Positions 51,844 through 61,287 of a stretch of 64,000 bases of DNA are shown here, piece after piece. Both the position numbers and the translations under genes were made by a program. Position 1 is the stretch's first letter; each line of letters starts with the position of its first letter. The stretch is from an uncultured Pseudomonadota bacterium (GTDB taxonomy: Bacteria > Oederibacteriota > Muellerivitia > Muellerivitales > Muellerivitaceae): NCBI GenBank assembly GCA_963836235.1, contig CAWIIP010000001.1, forward strand, positions 256,001-320,000, in the 5' to 3' direction. The notes beneath the pieces were generated by a model that was not told the origin of the DNA, searched no databases, and saw nothing but the letters and a program-made list of their open reading frames with translations.

Positions 51844-52654
51844 TTAGTTAAGGCCCAACTTTTCCATCTTTGCTTCCATCGGCGTCTTGCCGCCTAGGCT
51901 GCTGTGCGGCCTCTGCCAGTTATAAACCTGCCTCCACCAATCCACGACCACCTGAGCCTCCGCTTTCGACAGGAAAACTCTCCTGGTTCAGGCATTCATC
52001 CCTGAACTTTCCGTTGAAGCTTTCGATGAATCCGTTCTGCCAAGGACTCCCCGGCTCGATATATAACACCTGCACACCCTTTTCCTCAAGCCAGTTCCTC
52101 AGCTCCCAGGCCACGAACTCCGGTCCGTTATCCACCCGCATGTATTTCGGCGTCCCATGCTCCGTCATCAGCTCATCCAGCGTCTCCAGCACGTCTCGGC
52201 TTCTCAAGCGTTTCTCCGCCCGGATCTCCAGGCATTCCCGGCATCCCTCGTCCAAGACAGTCAGAAACTTCACCTTCCCGCCGAACCAGGTCAGGTCATG
52301 CACAAAGTCCATGGTCCACACTTCGTTTGAGCCCAAAGCCGGGTGAGGCCTTTTCCACTCTCTTGGAACCCGTTTCTTCCTGGGCCTCCTGCGAGGTAAT
52401 TGAAGCCCTGCTTCGTTGTACAGCCTCTCCACCTTCTTGTGGTTCACACCGAATCCCTGGCGTTCCAACATCCACAACATCCGCGGGCTTCCGAATCGTC
52501 GATTCCTTTGCGCTAACTTAACCATTTCCTCCCGGATCACCTGGTTCAGTGGGTCTTCCGGTCTAACCTCGTATCGAAAGCTCGACCGACTCACACCCAA
52601 AACCTTACAGGCTCGTCTTTCCGGCACTTCCTGAGCCTTCAAGGCTTCCACCAT
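51844..52654 (-). pseudogene. IS3 transposase OrfB (DDE), +1 frameshift near 51980
   Basis: WTMDF, RVDNGPEF, PWQNGFIESFNG; the conserved tail WRQVYNWQRPHSSLGGKTP continues in another frame to the stop at 51844. Confidence 0.85.
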
Positions 52655-52671
52655 GCCTTTTTGTTCCTCGG

Positions 52672-52941
52672 TCAGTACCCCTTTTTTTTTATGTGTTCTT
52701 GGAGGACTTGGATCGCCAGGGCTTGATCCCCGGCCAATTGCTTGAGTTTCCGGTTTTCCTCTTCCAGCTGCTTGATCCGGTGGACTTCGGAAACCCCGAG
52801 GCTTCCGTACATGCGTTTCCAGCGGTAGTAGGTTTGCTCGGAAATACCGTGTTTTCGGAGAACTTCTTCAACGGAGGGTGCTTTCTCCGCCTCGCGGAGA
52901 ATAGCCACTATCTGCTCGGACAAAAACCGTTTCTTCGCCAT
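52672..52941 (-). CDS. IS3 transposase OrfA (HTH + leucine zipper)
   Basis: KRFLSEQIVAILRE...HGISEQTYYRWK...LEEENRKLK. Confidence 0.92.
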   Translation of the reverse strand: MAKKRFLSEQIVAILREAEKAPSVEEVLRKHGISEQTYYRWKRMYGSLGVSEVHRIKQLEEENRKLKQLAGDQALAIQVLQEHIKKKGY

Positions 52942-53007
52942 TTTTTCCTCCCGAATCTGATTTCTAAAGCTAACATATTTTTGGATCAGTTTTCGGGGGA
53001 AAGGTCA

Positions 53008-53873
53008 CGGCTTCCGAAAATTTTCTAACTCTTGATGAAAAGGTTCGATTGGTGGAATTGCTTCAGGGGTTGGGGATTGAGCGGGTGAAGATTACCGGTG
53101 GCGAACCCTTGCTTTACCCGAATCTCGTCGAATTGGTCGAACGTTTGGCCCGATTGCCGCTGAAAGACTTGGGGCTGATTACCAATGGAACCCATTTGGA
53201 GGCCTTAGCCCAACCCTTAAGAAAAGCCGGCTTGAAGCGAATCACTGTCAGTTTGGATTCACTTGATGAGGGCCGGTTTAAATCCATGACCCGTGGCGGG
53301 AATCTGGAAAAAGTCTGGCGGGGACTTTTGGCGGCGGACCAGGCAGGGATGGCGCCCATCAAGATCAATTGCGTAGTCCTTCAAGAAAATAAAGAAGATG
53401 TAGTGGAGTTGACCCGCTTGACCATGGACCACGCTTGGGAAGTGCGCTTTATCGAATATATGCCCGTGACGGCTTCGGTCCATTTGGAGCGTTCTCAGGG
53501 CGTCCCACCCTTGGAAGTCCGAAGAATGATCGAAGAAAGGTTCGGCCCACTCGAGCCCGTTTCTGGTTATGCCCACGCGCCCTCGGCCGATTATCGCCTG
53601 CCGGGAGCGGCGGGCAAAATCGGATTCATCAGTTCGGTGAGGGATTCCTTTTGCTCCCGCTGTGACAGGCTGCGCCTTTCGGCGGACGGATTTTTGAAAC
53701 TTTGCATGGCCCACCCCGACGGGTTGTCCTTGAGGCCCCTTTTACGGGAAGGCGTTTCGGACGAAATCCTGAGGGAGCGGATATTGGAGGCGGTTTATCA
53801 CAAGCCAGAAGGCCATAGCTTTTGGTTCAAGGTTCCCGAATCCGAACAAGCCATGTCGAGGATAGGGGGATAG
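53008..53873 (+). pseudogene. moaA: GTP 3',8-cyclase MoaA, 5'-truncated at the IS end
   Basis: ITGGEPLL, VSLDSL, RFIEYMP, FCSRCDRLR...C and terminal MSRIGG are present; the radical-SAM CxxxCxxC is missing. Confidence 0.88.
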
Positions 53874-54000
53874 GTTCGAAGCGCAATCTTCCAGTTGGCT
53901 TGGAGAGAAGACTAGCTGGGGTATAAAGTAACGTATTCGGTCTAGTGACTTAGATTGGCAAAGTGACTGTGAAATCATAGGTTGCTTGCTGGAGGACTCC

Positions 54001-54798
54001 ATGAAATCGGCCGTTTTTCTCCCCGGATTGCTGGCCTTTGTTTTTTTGATTTTGCCCAAACCGGTTTTACCCTACGACTCCTATCAAATGCCCCCTTCCA
54101 CGGGCCAGGATCTTCCCAGTTCCGTTCAAAACAGGATTCTCCTCAAACATTTATTCGATAATCCGAATATCCCCGGTAGCGAAGTCATTGCCACCGAAAG
54201 GGAAAGAGGAGTGGACCAAATCGACACGGGGGAATTGGGCGGGGTCCGAATCGGGGATGTGTTAGCTCTTTTTACCCCGAAGGGTGAACCGGTGGGTTTT
54301 ATCCGAATCGTGAATTTGCAAAGATACACCGCTTCCTTCGAATACCTGGAATTAACCGTGGATCCGGCCACGGATTTAGTGGTGAAAAAGATCAATTCGG
54401 CCATTCAAAGGCGGCTTCCGAAAAGATTTTTCACCTTCCAAAATCGGAAACCTTTGCGTCAAACCGGGCCTATCGCCTCGAAAAAAAAGGCCAAAGCCCT
54501 CTTTTCAAATTCAAAGCCGCCTAAAGCTGGGGTAATCCCCTTGCCACCCTTGCCCAGCGATGAAACCACGGTTTCCAGCGGTTCCCATCTTCCTCCGGTG
54601 CCGGGAGACGGGCCCATGGGTTCCGCCAAGAATCTTCCGCCCCTGCCACTAGGTAACTCCGGTTCGAACAGCTATCCCTTGGAACTGGCCCCGCCGAAAG
54701 GGGACATGCCTCCTTTGCCGAACGGACAAAACCCTTCTTCTGCCGCCGTGCCCTCCGCTGGATCCCTGAATTTACAGCCATTACCGCCTTCAAAGTGA
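54001..54798 (+). CDS. Secreted hypothetical protein, FlgT-C-like domain with Pro-rich tail
   Basis: Signal peptide; IDTGELGGVRIGDVLAL motif; repeated LPPLP; SD GGAGG. Confidence 0.65.
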   Translation: MKSAVFLPGLLAFVFLILPKPVLPYDSYQMPPSTGQDLPSSVQNRILLKHLFDNPNIPGSEVIATERERGVDQIDTGELGGVRIGDVLALFTPKGEPVGFIRIVNLQRYTASFEYLELTVDPATDLVVKKINSAIQRRLPKRFFTFQNRKPLRQTGPIASKKKAKALFSNSKPPKAGVIPLPPLPSDETTVSSGSHLPPVPGDGPMGSAKNLPPLPLGNSGSNSYPLELAPPKGDMPPLPNGQNPSSAAVPSAGSLNLQPLPPSK

Positions 54799-54873
54799 AA
54801 GGGCGGGTAGTGGGTCAATTTGAATTTGGTTGTCATTGCGAGGATCAGCCCCAATTGGGGCAAAGGTCCTGGT

Positions 54874-56553
54874 TCACATTTCGTTAAAGAGATGCCGCAT
54901 TTCTTTGCGTTCCTCGTAGTTGACGGTCTGTTTGGCATTCTTGAGGACCATATTCGCCGCGGTCCCCAACACAGAACCCGATTCAACGCTTTCCGTCACC
55001 TTTTCCACTGCCCCTTTGACGAGGTCGAACAAGCCTGGGGTATGCGCCTGCGAATGACCCACCAGGTCATTCGCGCGGTTTGGCTGTGCTAATCCCGAAG
55101 AGGGATTAGCCGCCGGATTTGGCTTTGCCGATTCCAATGGGGGGTTAGGACCCACCGGATCATTAGTGGGGTTTGGCTTTGCTGGTTTCGGGGTTTTTAC
55201 GGCGATGGGCTTTTCAGGATTCAGCTTCGATAAGCGCTGTAAGCGTAACTTGAAGTCTTTTAAATAAACTTTTTGTTCTTCTGGGCTTTTTCCCATGAAG
55301 GATAAGTTGCTTTTGACTGCCTTGATCGCATGGGCTTTTTGGCCCGACAGGGCTTTTTGGCTGATGCCTTCCACGAGAGGGCCCGTTCCAAAGGTCGTCT
55401 CGAGATGGTTTTGGGTAGCCCGCTTGAAGGTTTCAAACTCCTCCCGCTTTTGGGCTTCTTTTTGAGCTTTGTTTTCAGCGGTCTCTGCCCGCAGGGTCTT
55501 GGCTTGCTCTTTAGCCGCCGCTTTTTGGGCCTTGAGCTGATCCTTGGCTTCCGTTGCTTTCCGCTTTTCCTCGGCCTGGGCAATTTGCTGGCCTTGTTCG
55601 ATGGCCTTCATCCGGCGGCCTTCGGTGGCCAAATCCGGCAGGGCTTGGGCAAAGCGGGGATTGGCTGGGGGTGAGTCAGGCATAAGGGCGGTTTCCTTGA
55701 GATGCTCAATGGCGGCCAAGGCGCTATAGACCGTTGTAGGGGCCTCGCTGGGGGCCATCTTGAGGCGCAATTCATAGCCGGTTTTACCCATGATAACCCG
55801 TACGTTAGCAGGCAGGTCCTTCCAAAGGGAAGCGAATGGATCGGTGGGGTCCTGAACCGGGCCATTGGACACCTTCTCCCCAAAGCTTTCGGGACTATTG
55901 CCTTTTTGGATCCAGGAGACCAGTTTTTGTACCTCGGATTCGGTCATTTCGAGGGCGATAACTACCGGGATGGCTTCTTCGATCTTTCGAGGGTCTTTCA
56001 AGAAGCTCAACTGATAGGCCATTTTTTGGGTCACCGAATCGGCTCCTGATTTTACACATTGGGAGTAAATCAGCTCCCGGGAAGCCTGGTTCAAAAAGGC
56101 CAGTGTTGCCACTGCCCGGCTAACTTCCTGCTGGGACACTCCTAATTCATCTGCCACCTGCTGTTGGGTTGGCTTTTGGGGGTGGTTGAGCCGCTTTTCA
56201 ATGGCTTGGTACCAGTCCAGCCAATGCATCTCCTCGCCCTTGTTGTCCATAATCGAGATCAGTTCGGCCTCTTCGGGGGTGGCGCCGCCTATCACCAAGG
56301 CATCCAAAGTTTTCCAGCCAAGCTCCAGGGCGGCTTGGTAGCGCAATTCGCCCCCCAGGATGAAATAGAGGGGATCGGTATCGGCCGTCCGCTCCTCAGC
56401 GGTCAAAGGGCGAAGTTTGACGGGGGTCAAGAGGCCATCAGCTTTCAGGGAGGCCTTTTTCCGCTCCACCATTTCCCGGGTGATCACCCGGCGAGGCTGT
56501 TGGGGATTCGGCTTGATCTCCGCGATGGGAATTTGCAGGTAATAAGATTTCAT
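54874..56553 (-). CDS. Orphan ParB/Spo0J-like protein with long C-terminal extension
   Basis: IKPNPQQPRR, GLLTPV, GGELRYQAA (ParB NTD); HTH TQQQVADELGVSQQEVSR; SD AAGGAG. Confidence 0.85.
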   Translation of the reverse strand: MKSYYLQIPIAEIKPNPQQPRRVITREMVERKKASLKADGLLTPVKLRPLTAEERTADTDPLYFILGGELRYQAALELGWKTLDALVIGGATPEEAELISIMDNKGEEMHWLDWYQAIEKRLNHPQKPTQQQVADELGVSQQEVSRAVATLAFLNQASRELIYSQCVKSGADSVTQKMAYQLSFLKDPRKIEEAIPVVIALEMTESEVQKLVSWIQKGNSPESFGEKVSNGPVQDPTDPFASLWKDLPANVRVIMGKTGYELRLKMAPSEAPTTVYSALAAIEHLKETALMPDSPPANPRFAQALPDLATEGRRMKAIEQGQQIAQAEEKRKATEAKDQLKAQKAAAKEQAKTLRAETAENKAQKEAQKREEFETFKRATQNHLETTFGTGPLVEGISQKALSGQKAHAIKAVKSNLSFMGKSPEEQKVYLKDFKLRLQRLSKLNPEKPIAVKTPKPAKPNPTNDPVGPNPPLESAKPNPAANPSSGLAQPNRANDLVGHSQAHTPGLFDLVKGAVEKVTESVESGSVLGTAANMVLKNAKQTVNYEERKEMRHLFNEM

Positions 56554-56925
56554 AACTTTCTCCTTAATTCATTGATTTTGGGCCGGTAACCGCCCTGAGG
56601 CTCTCGAAGGGTTAAATCTTTCATGCACCCTTGATGGACAAAAGATATTTGGGGAGAATGCGTCCGTCAAATAAAAAGCATAGTGAAAAAGGTTTTCGCT
56701 TTAACCTTATCAAAACGTAGCACAAAATATGGCCGATTAAGGGATGCAAGGAGTTTTAAACATTCAAATCGCTTGCCTGGACCAACTTGTCTTTAGCTTT
56801 TATTGTTTAATTAATCGCTCTTTACAGTCTAGGGTTTCGATATATAGGACGATTAATTTTGTCCTTTTGATTTCTAATTTTTAACTCTTACTTGCAGGAG
56901 AAATCATGCATTCAAGGAGACGGGG

Positions 56926-58575
56926 TTGAGAAATTGGATAAATCAAATTTTCATATGTGGAATTCTGCTTTGTTTAGCGGGGTTGAATCCCACTTTTTCC
57001 GCAGGTTTAGAGGAAAAGGCTGGCGATTCGGCGTGGGGAAGTAAAGATTTAAGCTTGAATGACACCCCTCTCGTCAAAGTCCTCTACGCCACCGACCGGG
57101 CTCCCTCGACGAGTCCTGATCTTTTCTTCAATCAGCCCTCGAAGGGCCAAACAATGAGTTACGGCGAAACGGAAGTCGCTTTGGATCTGGCTTACCGGCG
57201 CAATAAGAATAAAGACGCCCGATGGCTTCGTTTCTTGCTACAAGGAAAGACAATTAATACTTTTTTGGGGTCGGAGGAATTCAAGGGCCGGTTGGGGCGG
57301 GCCCGGAACCTTTCGAAGGACCGGACCTTTATTTTCGTTCATGGGTTCAATACCACCTTCCGGGACGGGGCTCTTTTCGCGGCTCAGATCGCCTATGACC
57401 TACAATTGGAAGAGACGCCCATTCTTTACAGCTGGCCTTCAGCCGCCTCGGTTTTTGCCTATAACCAGGACCATGAAATGGTTCAAGAGAACCCCCAAAC
57501 CCGGGCGAACCTGGTGGAGTTCTTGAAAAACATCGCCGCCCATCCGCCCGCCAAGGAAATCAACCTGGTCGCCCACAGCATGGGTTGTTACCTTTTATCG
57601 TTGGCCCTGGAAGATATCGTGAGGGACCCCCAATATGGGGCTGAATTTGTCAAAAAAATCCATTCGATCACGCTGATTTCCGCCGATATCTGCACGGTGG
57701 AATTCACCCGGGACGACGGGCAAAGTTCGGCAGGGAAGAAGGCCGCCGTGGAGGGCATCTATGACCGGTTAAAACCCTTTTTCAGGGACAAGATCACCAT
57801 TTACGCCTCGGCCAAGGATTGGGTGTTGGATTTTTCCGCCGCCGATGAGTCAATCAACCATAAATGCCCACGGTTGGGGCAGGCGGGCAAAAACCTGGTG
57901 GTATTGGACGGCATGACCACCATCGACGCGACTCAAGTAGCGTCCAACATGGATGAATTGGATTTGGGGCATAACCTGCCCAGCCACGACGGGGTCATCG
58001 ACGACCTTTACCTGACCCTGAACCAAGATTTAAAACCCGCCCAAAGGCTTCTGACCTGGCGGCAAAAGGACGGCCTGCCTTATTACGAAATTTTTGACGG
58101 GGTCCATAATCTGGAAAAAGTGGACGACTATAATTGGATTACTTTCGGAATGTCGGCCCAACTAGGGGTGGTGACCTACGATTTCACCAATCAATTCAAA
58201 TTGGACGCGACCTTTCTGGGTCGCTTTCAACTGGAAATTGGTACGGCCAAGGGCATACTGCCCTCCTTGGCCGACTTCCGACTGAACCTGGGGACCGAAA
58301 GATGGCGACCCTTTTTGAATTTTGGGGTCGAATATTTCGGGGCGGGAAGCGGCGCCGACGCGGTGACCTCCGGAGATCTGCGTGCGGGTTTGGGGTTGGA
58401 GATCATGACCGATACGGGCTGGGGCTTTGCCCTGGGTGAAAGCTGGACCTGCTGGAACTTGGGCTGGAGGGGGAATATCCAAAGCCAACCCACCATTGAT
58501 ACCTTAATTCACCAGACTTTCCCGAACGGGGAGCTTTATTTCCAACTCAGCAAGTATTTCGCCGTTCATATTTAA
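56926..58575 (+). CDS. DUF900 alpha/beta hydrolase fused to a C-terminal beta-barrel-like domain
   Basis: YATDR, FVHGFN, YSWPS, AHSMG, RLG, LGH; the last ~150 aa are amphipathic beta strands. Confidence 0.8.
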   Translation: MRNWINQIFICGILLCLAGLNPTFSAGLEEKAGDSAWGSKDLSLNDTPLVKVLYATDRAPSTSPDLFFNQPSKGQTMSYGETEVALDLAYRRNKNKDARWLRFLLQGKTINTFLGSEEFKGRLGRARNLSKDRTFIFVHGFNTTFRDGALFAAQIAYDLQLEETPILYSWPSAASVFAYNQDHEMVQENPQTRANLVEFLKNIAAHPPAKEINLVAHSMGCYLLSLALEDIVRDPQYGAEFVKKIHSITLISADICTVEFTRDDGQSSAGKKAAVEGIYDRLKPFFRDKITIYASAKDWVLDFSAADESINHKCPRLGQAGKNLVVLDGMTTIDATQVASNMDELDLGHNLPSHDGVIDDLYLTLNQDLKPAQRLLTWRQKDGLPYYEIFDGVHNLEKVDDYNWITFGMSAQLGVVTYDFTNQFKLDATFLGRFQLEIGTAKGILPSLADFRLNLGTERWRPFLNFGVEYFGAGSGADAVTSGDLRAGLGLEIMTDTGWGFALGESWTCWNLGWRGNIQSQPTIDTLIHQTFPNGELYFQLSKYFAVHI

Positions 58576-58623
58576 TAAAACTAATCAGGTTTAATGGATC
58601 GAGTCCTAGGGTATAGTTTAAAA

Positions 58624-59253
58624 ATGATCCACCGCCGCATCCTCATGCTTCATAAACCCAAAGGGTATGAAGTCACTCGTCCGAAAACCCTTGCGATTGA
58701 AGCCTATCCCGGGCAGAAAACCGTCTACGCGCTTCTTTCGCCGGAATTCCACGAAGAACGCTGGATGCCGGTGGGACGGTTGGACAAGGACTCGACAGGT
58801 CTTTTGCTATTCGTAAAGGAAGGTTTTCTCGTTTCGGGCCTGCAAAAACCCCACAATGTTGATAAGGTCTACGAGGTTTTGACTTGGGGCCTGGTACGGC
58901 CCGAACACCTGGAAAAGATGCTATCCGGCGTAGAAAATGCCATTGGACTACTCAAGGCGAAGACGGTTGAGATTTTGGACGAATCGGGACATCAAACAAA
59001 AGTGAGGGTCGTGTTGGGGGAAGGGAAGAACCGGCACATCCGCCGGATGTTCGCCGGATTGAGGGATTTCACGACCAATCGGCCAATAAAAGTGTTGGAG
59101 TTGAAACGCATTCAAATGGGTCCTTTAAACCTGGACGTTGAACCCGGAACATGGCGGTTCTTGACCGAGGCGGAAACAGAAGTTCTTTTGAAATGCATCC
59201 CACCCAAAAAACGATCGGCATCTATTCTTTTGGGTGATAAGGTTCTACCGTAA
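58624..59253 (+). CDS. RsuA-family rRNA pseudouridine synthase lacking S4 (RluE-like)
   Basis: HKPKG, VGRLDKDSTGLLLF, EGKNRHIRRM. Confidence 0.9.
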   Translation: MIHRRILMLHKPKGYEVTRPKTLAIEAYPGQKTVYALLSPEFHEERWMPVGRLDKDSTGLLLFVKEGFLVSGLQKPHNVDKVYEVLTWGLVRPEHLEKMLSGVENAIGLLKAKTVEILDESGHQTKVRVVLGEGKNRHIRRMFAGLRDFTTNRPIKVLELKRIQMGPLNLDVEPGTWRFLTEAETEVLLKCIPPKKRSASILLGDKVLP

Positions 59254-59327
59254 ATCATCCGCTGGAGGGTTGGGCGGAATTTAAACGAATGATTTTGAAG
59301 AAAGGAAAGAGGCTCGTGGTAAAACCT

Positions 59328-61277
59328 ATGAAGAGATTAGGCAGGACAGCGGTACTCTTCATCAGTTTTCCCATTGCGGGAGCTTGGTGCCAGACGGCCA
59401 CGCCAACGGTTCTTCTTTCTGATTCGGTTTCGCAAATCACCCCCTCTCCCAGCCCGACCGTAGAAACTTACGAAATGCAGGAAGTGGTGGTTACCAGCGA
59501 TAAGGATACCGGGGATGTCATCGCGGGAAAGGCTTTGGATTCATTAAAAGCCAACAGCCGACTTTCGGATTTGCTGGATCAAAACGCGGGAGTGGAAACC
59601 GAAGGGTTGGGCATCGCCAAGAGTTTCTCCAACGTTAGCGTCCGGGGATCGGCCACCAACCAAACTTTGATCCTCTTGAACGGTCAAAGGACCAACCAGG
59701 GGTTCGATTTGGGCATGATCCCCACCGAGGACATCGAGCGCATCGAGGTCATCAAGGGCCCCGCTGCCCTAGCCTACGGCCCCGACGCCACGGGAGGCGT
59801 GATTAACGTCATTACTCGTGTCAAAAACCAAGAAGGAAGTTTCGCCACATCGGTGGGGGACTTTGGCACTTACCAGATTCACTGCTCCACGGGGGATTGG
59901 AACCTGGGGCCCTGGCAAGGTTCATTCGGCGGGAATGGTTTTAACACCAACGGCTATACCGCCAATACCGATGAAGTTAATTGGGAGCTGGACCATTCCT
60001 CACGTTTTCGCTTGGGGGCCGACCAACTGGCCTTGACGGCCAATTACGTTTATAAAAACGGCGGGTCTCCCAATGGGGACAGCCTGTCCGCCTTCGATAC
60101 CGGCCAATTCGACACCGATGACCGGGAGAAAAAAGAAGCCTTTTCCACGATCCTAAGCGATGAACGGCCGATTGGGGATTGGAATTTCAATCCGTCCTTT
60201 TCCTATAACTACGCGAACGTCTTTCGCCTCAATCCCTTGGGCGGTGATTCCATCGCCGGAGTCCCGCAGACCGACCGGAATATTTACGATACCTATGACT
60301 TCCTCGCGGCTCTTTCCAACAAATGGACCGGCTGGTTTCGTTCCCTCTCTTTTGGCTTTGAGTTCCGCAGCGAACAAGTCACTGGTTCCGAAGGTTTGGC
60401 CGATGGAGTCCGGTCCGATGACGTGACTTCCTTTTCGGCCAAAGGCCTTCTGGCCCCCACCCAAAAGCTTTCGCTGGAATGGAGTGGAAGGCTGGACTGG
60501 TACAACAGCTACCACCAGGCGTCTTTTAATCCCGAGGGAACATTGAAATACGAATGGACCCAGGATCAGGACATCTTTTTCTCCGCCGGCACTGGGTTCC
60601 GTTATCCTGATTTCGACGAACTGTACCATCCCACCATCGCCTATATCACTGGGCCCGAAACACCTGTGGAGTTTGGCGCGGGTGAGACGGGCAATTCTGA
60701 TTTACAACCCGAAGAATCCGTGAATTTGGAAAGCGGCACGGATTTGAAATGGGGTGCCATGACCTGGAAAATCAGCGGCTTTTTGAATCTCTATGACAAT
60801 CTCATTGTTCCGGCCCAGGATGCCAACGCATATTGGTCTTTTGAAAATATTGAAAAGGCCCGGTTAATCGGCCTGGAAACCAACCTGAATTGGGACTTTT
60901 TAAAATGGGGGTCATTTTATGGGGGATATACCTTCGTGGATTCCAGGAATACTGAAGACAATACGCTTATTCAGGGTCGTATGCGCGATAAGGTAAGCGG
61001 TGGGTTCCTATTCCGTTTATGGAAAGACACGGAACTGAATATTTACGATCAATATGTGGACCGCAATCCGGCCATCTACACTGGACTCCAGGATTCTCCA
61101 CCCGTGATTATCGCTTCAGCTTATTCCATATTGAACATCGATTTCAAAACTCAATTCGGAACCGATACCAAGGCTTTTCTTTCCTTCAAGAATCTTTTAA
61201 ACCAGCAATATGCCACGGTGCAGGGCCTGCTGATGCCCGGAAGATATTTTGAGGCCGGAACCACGGTGAATTTTTGA
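59328..61277 (+). CDS. TonB-dependent receptor (BtuB-like)
   Basis: TonB box EVVVTS, plug VRGS..TLILLNG, IERIEVIKGP..YG..GGVINVIT, NLLNQQY, terminal F. Confidence 0.93.
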   Translation: MKRLGRTAVLFISFPIAGAWCQTATPTVLLSDSVSQITPSPSPTVETYEMQEVVVTSDKDTGDVIAGKALDSLKANSRLSDLLDQNAGVETEGLGIAKSFSNVSVRGSATNQTLILLNGQRTNQGFDLGMIPTEDIERIEVIKGPAALAYGPDATGGVINVITRVKNQEGSFATSVGDFGTYQIHCSTGDWNLGPWQGSFGGNGFNTNGYTANTDEVNWELDHSSRFRLGADQLALTANYVYKNGGSPNGDSLSAFDTGQFDTDDREKKEAFSTILSDERPIGDWNFNPSFSYNYANVFRLNPLGGDSIAGVPQTDRNIYDTYDFLAALSNKWTGWFRSLSFGFEFRSEQVTGSEGLADGVRSDDVTSFSAKGLLAPTQKLSLEWSGRLDWYNSYHQASFNPEGTLKYEWTQDQDIFFSAGTGFRYPDFDELYHPTIAYITGPETPVEFGAGETGNSDLQPEESVNLESGTDLKWGAMTWKISGFLNLYDNLIVPAQDANAYWSFENIEKARLIGLETNLNWDFLKWGSFYGGYTFVDSRNTEDNTLIQGRMRDKVSGGFLFRLWKDTELNIYDQYVDRNPAIYTGLQDSPPVIIASAYSILNIDFKTQFGTDTKAFLSFKNLLNQQYATVQGLLMPGRYFEAGTTVNF

Positions 61278-61287
61278 TGGGGGAATC

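Larger units (their letters stand above)
51811..53007 (-). mobile_element. IS3-family insertion sequence (IS407-like), probably defective
   Basis: Terminal IRs TGACCTTCCCCCAATATTCGATCCAAA / TGACCTTTCCCCCGAAAACTGATCCAAA (reverse complement); orfA and orfB; A9G4 slippery site at 52678-52690. Confidence 0.93.

Noticed and set aside
59254-59327. Cobalamin riboswitch before the BtuB-like receptor
   Set aside because: The intergenic space is too short and no B12-box is visible; the substrate remains unknown.
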